Source: Pseudobutyrivibrio sp. (GTDB taxonomy: Bacteria; Bacillota; Clostridia; Lachnospirales; Lachnospiraceae). From it: a stretch of DNA of 55,965 nucleotides. The stretch spans positions 1 through 55,965 of the forward strand of contig JABUSV010000186.1 of NCBI GenBank assembly GCA_021442555.1, written 5' to 3'. The translations under genes were made by a program, and so were the position numbers. The notes below the pieces were generated by a model. It ran no database searches and was not told the origin of the DNA. It saw only the letters and a list, made by a program, of their open reading frames with translations. Positions 20,229 to 29,207 of this stretch are shown here, in pieces. Every line of letters starts with the position of its first letter. Position 1 is the first letter of the stretch.

Positions 20229-20888
20229 TTAATCCTCTTTTCTTGTATATACCCCGTTTCTTGCATCCTCCAGTGCGCCGTCCTCCTCAGACATTACGCT
20301 TCTAAAGATTTTTTCCATGGCAGGATGCAGCGCCACCATATACACACCTGGAATCAAAATCAAAGATCCCTTTAATACATATGCGCAGGCTGCAAACAAA
20401 GCTGTTGTAATAAGCACGACAAGACTTGTTCCAAAATGTAAAATAGCCAATCCTGCACCTACCTTAAGAGTTGCCTTGAATCCATTGGAAAACCTTGCCA
20501 TATAAAGCAAAGTATATACAGCCCAGATGACCAATAGACAAATGAACACCAAAAACAGAATGGTCATGTTGCCTATTACATCCCCTTGTTCCTTGAGTTT
20601 TTGGCAAAACCATGTATCATATGCAAAAATAAGCCCTACCGCAAGCATAATAAACCATGTAAGGGTAGCCTGTTTAAAATTATCCTTAAATGCCACAAAA
20701 TATGTCTTAAAGCAATAATCTCTGTCCTGATATACGCACTTATGAATGGTGTAATACAAAGCTACTGTGGAAGCTCCTATTGTAAAAACAGGCAGGCTTG
20801 TAAGGCACCACAACAGACTCAGCAGAATAACATCCACTGCCTTTCCTAAAAATGTAAAAAATCTCGATTCAAAAAAACGTGTTAACAT
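20229..20888 (-). CDS. YesL/DUF624 family membrane protein
   Basis: LWCLTSLPVFTIGASTVALY, FKDNFKQAT, ARFSN. Confidence 0.9.
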   Translation of the reverse strand: MLTRFFESRFFTFLGKAVDVILLSLLWCLTSLPVFTIGASTVALYYTIHKCVYQDRDYCFKTYFVAFKDNFKQATLTWFIMLAVGLIFAYDTWFCQKLKEQGDVIGNMTILFLVFICLLVIWAVYTLLYMARFSNGFKATLKVGAGLAILHFGTSLVVLITTALFAACAYVLKGSLILIPGVYMVALHPAMEKIFRSVMSEEDGALEDARNGVYTRKED

Positions 20889-20927
20889 TAAATCCTATTA
20901 TCCTCTCGTATTCCCATAATCATTGAG

Positions 20928-21239
20928 TTAATCAAGATGAAATACCTTGTACAGATCAGTTGTCACTGGAGAGTTATCAGGGTTAGTCTCCATAATATCT
21001 GCCATGTAATCCCACCATTTGCGATTGATAGCTGTATCAGCTCCTTTTGCCCACAGCACCTCATCCTCAATCTCTATATAGCCAAACAGAGTCAGAGTCT
21101 CTTTATCCAAAAATATAGTGTAATTTTTTCCCCCATGCTCATGAATCATATCCTGCATTTGGGGCCAGAGTTCATTATGTCTCTTTTCATATTCAGCTTC
21201 CTGTCCCTCATACAACTTCATTTTAAACCCTTTTACCAT
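20928..21239 (-). CDS. rhaM: L-rhamnose mutarotase
   Basis: EYEKRHNELWP, NYTIFL, LFGY, RKWWDYMADIMETNPDNSP, VFHLD; start moved to MVKGF after AGGAGG. Confidence 0.92.
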   Translation of the reverse strand: MVKGFKMKLYEGQEAEYEKRHNELWPQMQDMIHEHGGKNYTIFLDKETLTLFGYIEIEDEVLWAKGADTAINRKWWDYMADIMETNPDNSPVTTDLYKVFHLD

Positions 21240-21307
21240 TACATCATCCTCCTTCTTGATAGAATATATTACATAATATATCACTATCTCCTGGCCCTCA
21301 ACGCATA

Positions 21308-21937
21308 CTAGACCTGCTGCATATCATTTTCGACTATATATTTATCAAAAATCTTGGCCAGCATAATAGAATTAAGCAAGGCAATACCGCCGGCAGAAAT
21401 AATTAGCAGTGGAGCCATAATATACACTCCTGCCACAATAAAACATACTGTGATGGTATTCATCAATAAGGTCCAGCCCAGATTTCTTACTGCCAGCACA
21501 AAGGAAATAATAAAAAGATTCTTAAGGCTGTTGGAAAACTTCGCTATTGCCGGAAAAATATATGTAAACATTGAAAGAATTATAAACGCTGCCACGAGCT
21601 GTACCAGCATCATCATCTTGGCAAATTCACTATCCTGATTATAGAAAAAGTAAATATTAATACTACATACAAGACCGCTTATCACAATTATTGCCCAGGC
21701 AGCTGTAGACTGCCAAAAGCTCTCTTTAAATGCCTCAAAAAACTGCTTCGTGATAATTCCCTCCTGCCCCTTTACCATCTTAAGAGTCACTGCATACACA
21801 GCCTTTGTAGAAGCTCCGATAGTAACCACAGGAATAGAGCATACAAACCAAAGTATAGTAAGCCATACCCCGTCACAAATACAGCTAAGCACCCTTGCCA
21901 CTATATTATCCGGACTAAAAATCCTGCCAATGTTCAT
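21308..21937 (-). CDS. YesL/DUF624 family membrane protein
   Basis: LWFVCSIPVVTIGASTKAVY, FKESFWQST, AKFSN. Confidence 0.9.
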   Translation of the reverse strand: MNIGRIFSPDNIVARVLSCICDGVWLTILWFVCSIPVVTIGASTKAVYAVTLKMVKGQEGIITKQFFEAFKESFWQSTAAWAIIVISGLVCSINIYFFYNQDSEFAKMMMLVQLVAAFIILSMFTYIFPAIAKFSNSLKNLFIISFVLAVRNLGWTLLMNTITVCFIVAGVYIMAPLLIISAGGIALLNSIMLAKIFDKYIVENDMQQV

Positions 21938-21962
21938 CCCATTATCCTCCTGAAGTTTACTC

Positions 21963-22122
21963 TGTTTTTGCGACAGCCTGTAATGACACTACTCTACCGC
22001 AGACGCGCTTTCGCTCGGATTTCAGCGTAACGGTACTAAGCTCAACTGCGTTTCGCTAGGTGCCGACGCTTACATACGGTCTGCTTATAGAGCAGTATCA
22101 TTACAGGCTGTCACAAAAAACA
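21963..22122. repeat. 160-bp element with long imperfect terminal inverted repeats (MITE/REP-like or structured RNA)
   Basis: TGTTTTTGCGACAGCCTGTAATGACACTACTCTA pairs with TAGAGCAGTATCATTACAGGCTGTCACAAAAAACA (3 mismatches, 1 bulge); inner stems present. Confidence 0.8.
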
Positions 22123-22205
22123 CGTACCTATTCAGTATATATGCTTTGGCACATAAATTCAAAAAATATTATATTTCTCTTTATTTTTGGATATTACACA
22201 ATCAC

Positions 22206-22238
22206 AAAATCAGGGCTGCAAACCGAGGTTTGCAGCCC
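22206..22238 (-). terminator. Terminator after ABC permeases
   Basis: GGGCTGCAAACC/GGTTTGCAGCCC stem with short U-tract on minus strand. Confidence 0.75.
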
Positions 22239-22243
22239 CATTC

Positions 22244-23083
22244 TTAGCCTTTGATTCCTGTAGAGGCAACGCCTTCTACGAAATATTTTTGCAGTATTAA
22301 AAATACGATGATGACTGGTATCAGGGAGAGAACTGAACCTGCCATTATTAATCCGTAATCTGATGAATACTGTCCTATAAACATCTTAAGCCCAAGCTGA
22401 ATAGTCTTTTTCTCCTGACTCTTTAAATATATTAATGGTCCAAGGTAATCATTCCAGGTATTTACGAAGGTAAATATTGTTAGCGTAGATAAAGCAGGCT
22501 TTGACAAAGGAATCATAATATTGGTGTATATCTTGTATTCACTCATGCCATCTATTCGCGCCGCTTCACATAATGAGCTTGGTATGCCTTCATAAAACTG
22601 CTTCATCATAAATACACCAAATGCCGAAAATGCCTGCAGACATATGATGGCAAGGAGCTTGTCGTTTAGTCCCATTTTTCTCATCATAATAAACTGTGGA
22701 ACCATGTATACCTGCCATGGCATGGCTATTGTTGACAGATATCCCATAAACAGTATATTCTTGTGCTTAAACTCCAGCTTTGCAAAGGCATACGCGGCAA
22801 AGGAGCTGGTTAACAGCTGAAGACAGGTTACTATTATTGTCAGAAATACAGTATTTCCCACAAATCTGCCAAAAGGTATCTTTGTCCATATCTCAGAATA
22901 ATTGCTCCATCTTGGATTCTTGGGAATCCACACAAATGGATTCATCCTAAATACTTCTGCATCTGTCTTGATGGAAGCAGACAGCATCCACAAAAATGGG
23001 ATTATCATCAAAGCTGCCATAATCAGAAGTATTATGTATACCAATGTCTTAAGGGCTATAGTATTTGCGCTTTTTGATTTCAT
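22244..23083 (-). CDS. Carbohydrate ABC transporter permease (MalG-type)
   Basis: EAARIDGMS motif, WNDYLGPLI, QKYFVEGV. Confidence 0.95.
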   Translation of the reverse strand: MKSKSANTIALKTLVYIILLIMAALMIIPFLWMLSASIKTDAEVFRMNPFVWIPKNPRWSNYSEIWTKIPFGRFVGNTVFLTIIVTCLQLLTSSFAAYAFAKLEFKHKNILFMGYLSTIAMPWQVYMVPQFIMMRKMGLNDKLLAIICLQAFSAFGVFMMKQFYEGIPSSLCEAARIDGMSEYKIYTNIMIPLSKPALSTLTIFTFVNTWNDYLGPLIYLKSQEKKTIQLGLKMFIGQYSSDYGLIMAGSVLSLIPVIIVFLILQKYFVEGVASTGIKG

Positions 23084-23095
23084 ATTCCGCCTCCC

Positions 23096-24148
23096 TTACC
23101 CTTCCTGATACTTTTTTTGCCCCCAGAACTGGATTAATGTAACTCCAAGCACCAGGACAAACAGTACCATTGCTACAGCAGAAGAATATCCTAGTTTCCA
23201 CTCGATAAATGCCTTCTGGTAGATATAGTATACAAGTACAGTAGAATTGAGTGTCAGCTCACCATTTCCGCCTGCTGCCAGCATGATTGCTATATCATAC
23301 ACCTTAAAGCAATTTATGGTCAGCATAACTATTACAAAAAAAGTGGTGGATGAAAGCTGTGGCCAAGTCACGTACTTGAACTTGGCCCAGGTTCCAGCAC
23401 CATCCAAAGCGGCTGCTTCATACAGCTCTCCATTCACCCCTTGAAGACCTGCCAGATATATAACCATGTAATAGCCCATGTATTTCCATACTGAAAACAT
23501 TATCATGGACAAAAGCACCAACGAGCCTGTAAACCACTGTGGAAGATTCTCCTGTTGCACGTTAAATACATTAAACAACAGGTTGTTTATTGGACCCTTT
23601 GACGGATGAAAAAGCATTTTCCATACAGATGTAATAGCAACCAAAGATGCTACATATGGGAAAAATGCAAGTGTTCTAAATAAACCTCTTCCCAAAACCT
23701 TATGATTGAGAAGAATCGCAAGCCCCAAGGATACTATCATGGTGAGTGGTACCGTACCGACACAGTAGATAATAGTATTTTTCAGGGCTGCAATAAAAAA
23801 CTTATCCTTGAACAGAGATTTGAAATTCTTCAAACCGGCCCATTCTATAGGATTAGAACCATCCCAACTAAGAAACGCCAATGCAAAGGCAAACACTATT
23901 GGGATTAGTGTAAACACACAAAAACCTATGAAATTGGGAGCAATGAAGGAGTATGCAATAAGATCTCTTTTTGTCTCGCGACTTAGCTTGCTTTTCGAAC
24001 GATAAGCTGATATAGATCTTTGAATCTTATCTATTCTCTTGAGGTACTTCATCTTCTGCTTTGGATTTGATTCTGTATGTATTTTTTCTATAAGACTTGT
24101 CAGCTCATTTTGAAAAGACTCAACATTAGCTGCTGTAATTTTTTCCAT
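23096..24148 (-). CDS. Carbohydrate ABC transporter permease (MalF/UgpA-type)
   Basis: YLAGLQGV, ELYEAAALDGA, GYSSAVA. Confidence 0.95.
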   Translation of the reverse strand: MEKITAANVESFQNELTSLIEKIHTESNPKQKMKYLKRIDKIQRSISAYRSKSKLSRETKRDLIAYSFIAPNFIGFCVFTLIPIVFAFALAFLSWDGSNPIEWAGLKNFKSLFKDKFFIAALKNTIIYCVGTVPLTMIVSLGLAILLNHKVLGRGLFRTLAFFPYVASLVAITSVWKMLFHPSKGPINNLLFNVFNVQQENLPQWFTGSLVLLSMIMFSVWKYMGYYMVIYLAGLQGVNGELYEAAALDGAGTWAKFKYVTWPQLSSTTFFVIVMLTINCFKVYDIAIMLAAGGNGELTLNSTVLVYYIYQKAFIEWKLGYSSAVAMVLFVLVLGVTLIQFWGQKKYQEG

Positions 24149-24174
24149 AAGGTACTCCTCTAAATTGGCAAAAT

Positions 24175-24207
24175 ATACGGGAGCAAGAACTGTTCCTGCT
24201 CCCGTAT
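24175..24207 (-). terminator. Stem-loop after solute-binding protein gene (partial terminator or mRNA stabiliser)
   Basis: ATACGGGAGCAAGAAC/GTTCCTGCTCCCGTAT inverted repeat. Confidence 0.7.
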
Positions 24208-24217
24208 TACATTCTTA

Positions 24218-25576
24218 TCACTGAGCAAGAATTGCGCCAATTTCTTCATTCATGCTGGCAATACCTTCATCAATTGTACATTCACCTTGCATAATCATGC
24301 CGTGATATGTATCAAGAACTGTGTTGATTTCAGATACGTTAGCATCATAAGGTACCTCTAGGTAGATGTTAGAAGTCTTAAGCGCCTCCTTGGAAGCATC
24401 ATCTGTTGGGAATCCCTCAAGACTTGTGATTGTTGTAACAACATCATCTGTCATGATTGCTGGGAAGTTACCTGTAGATGCCATAACTGCTGCACCTTCT
24501 TCTCCTGAACACCACTTGACAAAATCCCATGCAGCATCAGGAACATCTGTAGAAGATGTAACAGCAAGACCTGTGAATGTACCAAGGGTTGAACCTGCCT
24601 CTACCCCATCAGCATGTGGGTACTTTACAATACCCCAGTTGCCGCATAGTGATGCATCATACTCACCTGAAGCAATATTATTTATAAGTGTTGAAATAAA
24701 CCATGAACCCATGTTGAGCATAGCCGTGTCGCCAGCGGAAAAGGCAGCTGAGTAGTGAAGTCCCTCTGTCTTAAGGTCTGCATATGATCTTACAACTCCA
24801 TCTTTTTCCTCAGCAAGAACCATCTCGTAATATGGCTTCATGAAATCATAATTTCCCGACAGGATATTGTGCTCACCATCAAGACATCCAATAAGACCTA
24901 TTGTTGATCTCCAGGTATGATAGTGTCCTCCATATACCTGAGAGCCAAATGTAGTATCTGTAACTGAACGAGCAAGCTTGTCATACTCCTCCCATGTCAT
25001 GTCATTTGTAGGGTATGCAACACCTGCCTTATCAAATACATCCTTATTGTAGAACAAAACCCAAAAATCATTTCTGAAAGGAAGTTCATATAATGAACCA
25101 TCTACTGTAACCTGATCTGTAGCGCCATTATAAGCAGCCAAATCCACTCCATCTGCTGATATATAGCTATCAAGAGACTGGATGGCATTCTTCTGAACCA
25201 AAGTAGCATATCCTGGTACGTCCTTGATTGTAACAACATCAAAATCAGAACCACTGCCTGAAAGTTCTGTAGCAAGAACCGTCATATAATCCTGCGAACC
25301 AAGGTCAACCATCTCGATAGTAACGTTGGGATTCTGTGCCATATATCCATCAGCAAGAGCCTGCCAATATGTGGTGGTTTCCTGGTCCCAGATAGACCAC
25401 TTAAGTGTTACAGCCTCTGCAGAAGAATCTGCAGCAGGTGCTTCTGTTGCAGTGTCTGTAGCAGACGCATCCGTAGCAGGTGCATCTGTTGAAGCATTTG
25501 AGCCGCATCCTACCATCAAAGCCCCCGCCATGGTAGTTGCCAATAACATGCTAATTAATTTTTTCCTCATCCCCAT
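24218..25576 (-). CDS. Sugar ABC transporter substrate-binding lipoprotein
   Basis: Lipobox MVGC, Ala/Thr/Asp linker, LFYNKDVFDKAGV, TWEEY, AAWDFVKW. Confidence 0.94.
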   Translation of the reverse strand: MGMRKKLISMLLATTMAGALMVGCGSNASTDAPATDASATDTATEAPAADSSAEAVTLKWSIWDQETTTYWQALADGYMAQNPNVTIEMVDLGSQDYMTVLATELSGSGSDFDVVTIKDVPGYATLVQKNAIQSLDSYISADGVDLAAYNGATDQVTVDGSLYELPFRNDFWVLFYNKDVFDKAGVAYPTNDMTWEEYDKLARSVTDTTFGSQVYGGHYHTWRSTIGLIGCLDGEHNILSGNYDFMKPYYEMVLAEEKDGVVRSYADLKTEGLHYSAAFSAGDTAMLNMGSWFISTLINNIASGEYDASLCGNWGIVKYPHADGVEAGSTLGTFTGLAVTSSTDVPDAAWDFVKWCSGEEGAAVMASTGNFPAIMTDDVVTTITSLEGFPTDDASKEALKTSNIYLEVPYDANVSEINTVLDTYHGMIMQGECTIDEGIASMNEEIGAILAQ

Positions 25577-25716
25577 TTTCCTCCTCTATCAATATAATTA
25601 GAATGAAAAGAACTATAATTATAGTATTTTATTAAGGGACTCAGATAAATGTATTATTTGGTGTATAATATGTGAATTTCCATGTAGCATATAAAAAATT
25701 ACACTCCTGATATATT

Positions 25717-27312
25717 TTATTTAGCGAATTCTGTTGGGGTAATTCCAGTTACCTTTTTAAATACCTTTGAAAAATAAAAAGCATTCTCAAAACCCAGCAT
25801 ATCTGCCACCTCATATATCTTGTATTCTCCCTCAACCATCAGCCTCTTGGCTTCGTCTATCTTGCAGGAAGTTACGTACTCGTTAAAACCCTGGTCGTTA
25901 TATTTTTTAAACAGCTGACTTAGATAGTTAGGACTGATTCCAAACACGGCTGCTACTTCGTTTAAGGACAATCTCTGACTTACATTTTCTTTGATGTAGC
26001 GCTTAACCTGAGTTACAACTGGCTTTCTGTTTTCTTTTTTATGTTCCACAAAGTATGTACATAATCCATTTTTAAAATGAATAAGCCATGTGATTATCTG
26101 CTCCACAGAAGTCAGCTTATACAAGGACATATAGCCTTCTGACTGATTAGAGAAAATCTCAAGCACTATGTCCTCTCCTCTTGGTATAAGTGAAAGGGAA
26201 AGATATAAAATGTTGCTGGCACAATCCATTGCCTGAACAAAATAGCCTGTATTTGCTCCAAACAAATCAATAATATTGTCAATGGTATTAGAAAGTGTAT
26301 TTGCATCATAAGATTCATATGCTCTGGCCAAATCGTTTTTGAATATTGAAAAATTAAATGACTTGTTATATTTTTCCTTGGCGCTATCCTCACTAAACAT
26401 CACAACATTGTGCTCCAATGTAGCAAGGTTGTAGGCGTCCCTTGCATACTGATATGACTCACATATGGCTATTGGTTCTTCCACCAGACTGCCCACTCCA
26501 CTGCACAACCACACGTTATAATAGCTATGTAATGTATCACTAACCTGTCCTATGACTTCAGCTATCCTTTTACAATCTCTGTCTTCTAATGTAAAAATAA
26601 CCGCAAAATGATGTAAATCCAGCATTATGGTGTATGTCTTACCATACTTTGCCAGCAATTCAGATGCCATCTGAAAAGTAGAATTATACAATCCAAGCGT
26701 TGTCTCATCTGACATTAAATCCGTATGATTGGTCTTTATCTCGTTGTATACACATACATATCCCCTGTGAGTAAAATCCAGCCTTAGTTCCTTAGCCTGA
26801 AGTTCAAACTGTTCTTTATCCACAAATAGATTATGCAAAAGGTTAATAAAGAACTTTTCATGATACAAGCTCAGGGTTTTATCGGCCTCTATAGCAGAAT
26901 TTGCATTACTTCCTGAATTAACAGCCCTGTTTTTGAGATTTTTGATTATTTTTTCAACAGACTCCTTGAGAATATCTGGTGTCAGCTCAAGCTTGATCAA
27001 ATAATCGCATACTGAAAGCTGCAAAGCCTCCCTGGCCAAGGCAAAATCCTCATAGCTTGTAAGTACTATAAAGTAAGGTCCATTTTCTTTGTATTCCTCT
27101 ATACATTTTGCCGCCAGCTCCAAACCGCTCATTACTGGCATCTTGATATCTGTAATAACAATATCTGGCTTATTCTTCTCTATTATGTCCCAGGCTACCT
27201 GCCCATTAGCAGCCACTCCGATAATCTCTATGTCCATAGACGACCATGGAAGCATTGACTTTATCCCCACTTGCACCAACGGTTCATCGTCTACTATTAA
27301 TATCTTGTACAT
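25717..27312 (-). CDS. YesN-like response regulator (REC plus AraC HTH)
   Basis: ILIVDDE, TDIKMP, YLSQLFKK, YFSKVFKKVTGITP. Confidence 0.95.
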   Translation of the reverse strand: MYKILIVDDEPLVQVGIKSMLPWSSMDIEIIGVAANGQVAWDIIEKNKPDIVITDIKMPVMSGLELAAKCIEEYKENGPYFIVLTSYEDFALAREALQLSVCDYLIKLELTPDILKESVEKIIKNLKNRAVNSGSNANSAIEADKTLSLYHEKFFINLLHNLFVDKEQFELQAKELRLDFTHRGYVCVYNEIKTNHTDLMSDETTLGLYNSTFQMASELLAKYGKTYTIMLDLHHFAVIFTLEDRDCKRIAEVIGQVSDTLHSYYNVWLCSGVGSLVEEPIAICESYQYARDAYNLATLEHNVVMFSEDSAKEKYNKSFNFSIFKNDLARAYESYDANTLSNTIDNIIDLFGANTGYFVQAMDCASNILYLSLSLIPRGEDIVLEIFSNQSEGYMSLYKLTSVEQIITWLIHFKNGLCTYFVEHKKENRKPVVTQVKRYIKENVSQRLSLNEVAAVFGISPNYLSQLFKKYNDQGFNEYVTSCKIDEAKRLMVEGEYKIYEVADMLGFENAFYFSKVFKKVTGITPTEFAK

Positions 27313-27338
27313 AAATCCCCCTTTATTGACTTTTCAAA

Positions 27339-29129
27339 TCATCCATTCTTCCTTTGCGGAAGTCTTATTTTCATACATGTATATTCACCCAGCTCGCTGT
27401 CTACAGTTACCCCATAGTCTAATCCAAACTCATACTGCAGACGCTTGTGTACGTTGCTTACACCTATCTCCTTGAAGAAATCAGAAGGGCGTTCGTTGTT
27501 GTCCCAAAGAATGGCAATGGCAGTTTTCTTATCCATGCCTACACCATCATCTATAACATCTATAGCCAAGAGCTTATCCTCATCCTCATATATATCTATT
27601 GTGACTGTTCCAGCCATCCCCTTTGGCTCAATTCCATGAAAAATGGCATTTTCAACCAGCGGCTGTAGCGTAAACTTGATTATCTGACACTCCAACAAAG
27701 ACTTGTCTTTTACGTTTACAACAAGCTCTATAGTTCCGCCATATCTGTATCTTTGAATGGTAAAATAATCCTCTACCAGGGATAGTTCCTCCTCCAGAGA
27801 AATCTGAAGCTTTGTTCCCTTGGATATGCTTTTTAAAAGTCTGGCAAGAGCTGTTGTCATATCCACGATTCCGCTGGCACCCTGAATCTGCGCCATCCAC
27901 TTAATGGAATTAAGCGTATTATATATAAAATGTGGATTAATTTGACTTTGAAGTACCTTATACTCCAAGTCTTTTTTCTGCTTTTCATTCTCTATTCTGG
28001 TATCGATTAGCTGAGAAATATTCTCCGCCAGGTCATTTACACCTTTGCCTATTTCCCCCAACTCATGATTCCACTCAATAGCTTCATCTCTGGAAAAATC
28101 TCCCTCAGAGATTTTCTTGAGACGCCCGTTAATCTGTTCTACTGGCTGTGAGATGGATTTATTCAAAAGAGTATTGAGTCCCACTGCAAGTACAATAAGC
28201 ACTCCAAACAAGACAAGCAGGGTCTGCCATAGTTTTAGCATCTCTGCCTTGGCCTCACCTAACAATACAACCTGACTTACATAGCATCCCTCCTTTTGAA
28301 GAGGCTCTGTTATTACAGTATATTCCTGATTATTATCCGTAATCACTGTGCTAATAGTACCATTTTTGCTGCCAGACAGCTTCTCAGTTATTATCCTGCA
28401 ATTATCTATATTATCTATATATTCCAATTTGCCATCAGAGGTGTACCGATAATTGTTTTCTCCAAGAGTAAGAATCATATCTCCAGAATCTTTTCTGTAG
28501 TTATTGGCCAATGCATCTGTAAAAAGCGACTGATCCACCTCTATAAAAACATATCCTCCTAAATCAGAGGTATGTGAATATGTGATTGGTTCTAAAACCG
28601 GCACAACTGTCTTACTTCTGGATTTGCTATAAGGATCAGTCATAAAGCCATAATTATAGTTCTTGTAATCCTTGTCCGATAGAGCAGTATATAGATCAGA
28701 CCCAAGTAGCTCTCTGGCGACATTGATTGTACTTGAATAAGTTGCAGCCACTATTTGAATATAGGAATCAGAAAGATTTGTAACCATTACCCTGTGCAGG
28801 TATTTGCTAAAAGAGCTGCTCATACAATACTCGTCCAATGCATCATATGCCTTGATTCTCTTTTGATCTGGTTTTACGTGAGATTCAACATACAGCACAA
28901 TCGAACTGTTGGTCTTACAATATTGCACCAGCTGATCGATGTTATCTAACTCGTTGTCCAGATAATCTACCAAAAAGCGCAGACTTGTATCCGTGGAATT
29001 TTTAAGATTATCCTCTACATACTTGGAATAGATAAGATAAGAAAATGAAGATATCATCAAACCGATGACAAGAATAAAAAAACTTGTTGTCCCAATAATA
29101 TGATTACGTAGTCTATGATTTTTTTTCAT
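27339..29129 (-). CDS. YesM-like sensor histidine kinase
   Basis: 2 TM, HAMP, LQSQINPHFIYNTL, LQPLVENAIFHG, DDGVG. Confidence 0.95.
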   Translation of the reverse strand: MKKNHRLRNHIIGTTSFFILVIGLMISSFSYLIYSKYVEDNLKNSTDTSLRFLVDYLDNELDNIDQLVQYCKTNSSIVLYVESHVKPDQKRIKAYDALDEYCMSSSFSKYLHRVMVTNLSDSYIQIVAATYSSTINVARELLGSDLYTALSDKDYKNYNYGFMTDPYSKSRSKTVVPVLEPITYSHTSDLGGYVFIEVDQSLFTDALANNYRKDSGDMILTLGENNYRYTSDGKLEYIDNIDNCRIITEKLSGSKNGTISTVITDNNQEYTVITEPLQKEGCYVSQVVLLGEAKAEMLKLWQTLLVLFGVLIVLAVGLNTLLNKSISQPVEQINGRLKKISEGDFSRDEAIEWNHELGEIGKGVNDLAENISQLIDTRIENEKQKKDLEYKVLQSQINPHFIYNTLNSIKWMAQIQGASGIVDMTTALARLLKSISKGTKLQISLEEELSLVEDYFTIQRYRYGGTIELVVNVKDKSLLECQIIKFTLQPLVENAIFHGIEPKGMAGTVTIDIYEDEDKLLAIDVIDDGVGMDKKTAIAILWDNNERPSDFFKEIGVSNVHKRLQYEFGLDYGVTVDSELGEYTCMKIRLPQRKNG

Positions 29130-29173
29130 GCCCCATTACCAACCCAATTATTATCTTATAAAAGATATATTAT

Positions 29174-29201
29174 AAAAAGGACAAGGCTATTAACCTTGTC
29201 C
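29174..29201 (-). terminator. Terminator after Na/Pi transporter
   Basis: GGACAAGG/CCTTGTCC with U-tract on minus strand. Confidence 0.75.
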
Positions 29202-29207
29202 ATAAAA

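Noticed and set aside
25420-25500. Ala/Thr/Asp repeats in the binding-protein gene
   Set aside because: Ordinary flexible lipoprotein linker
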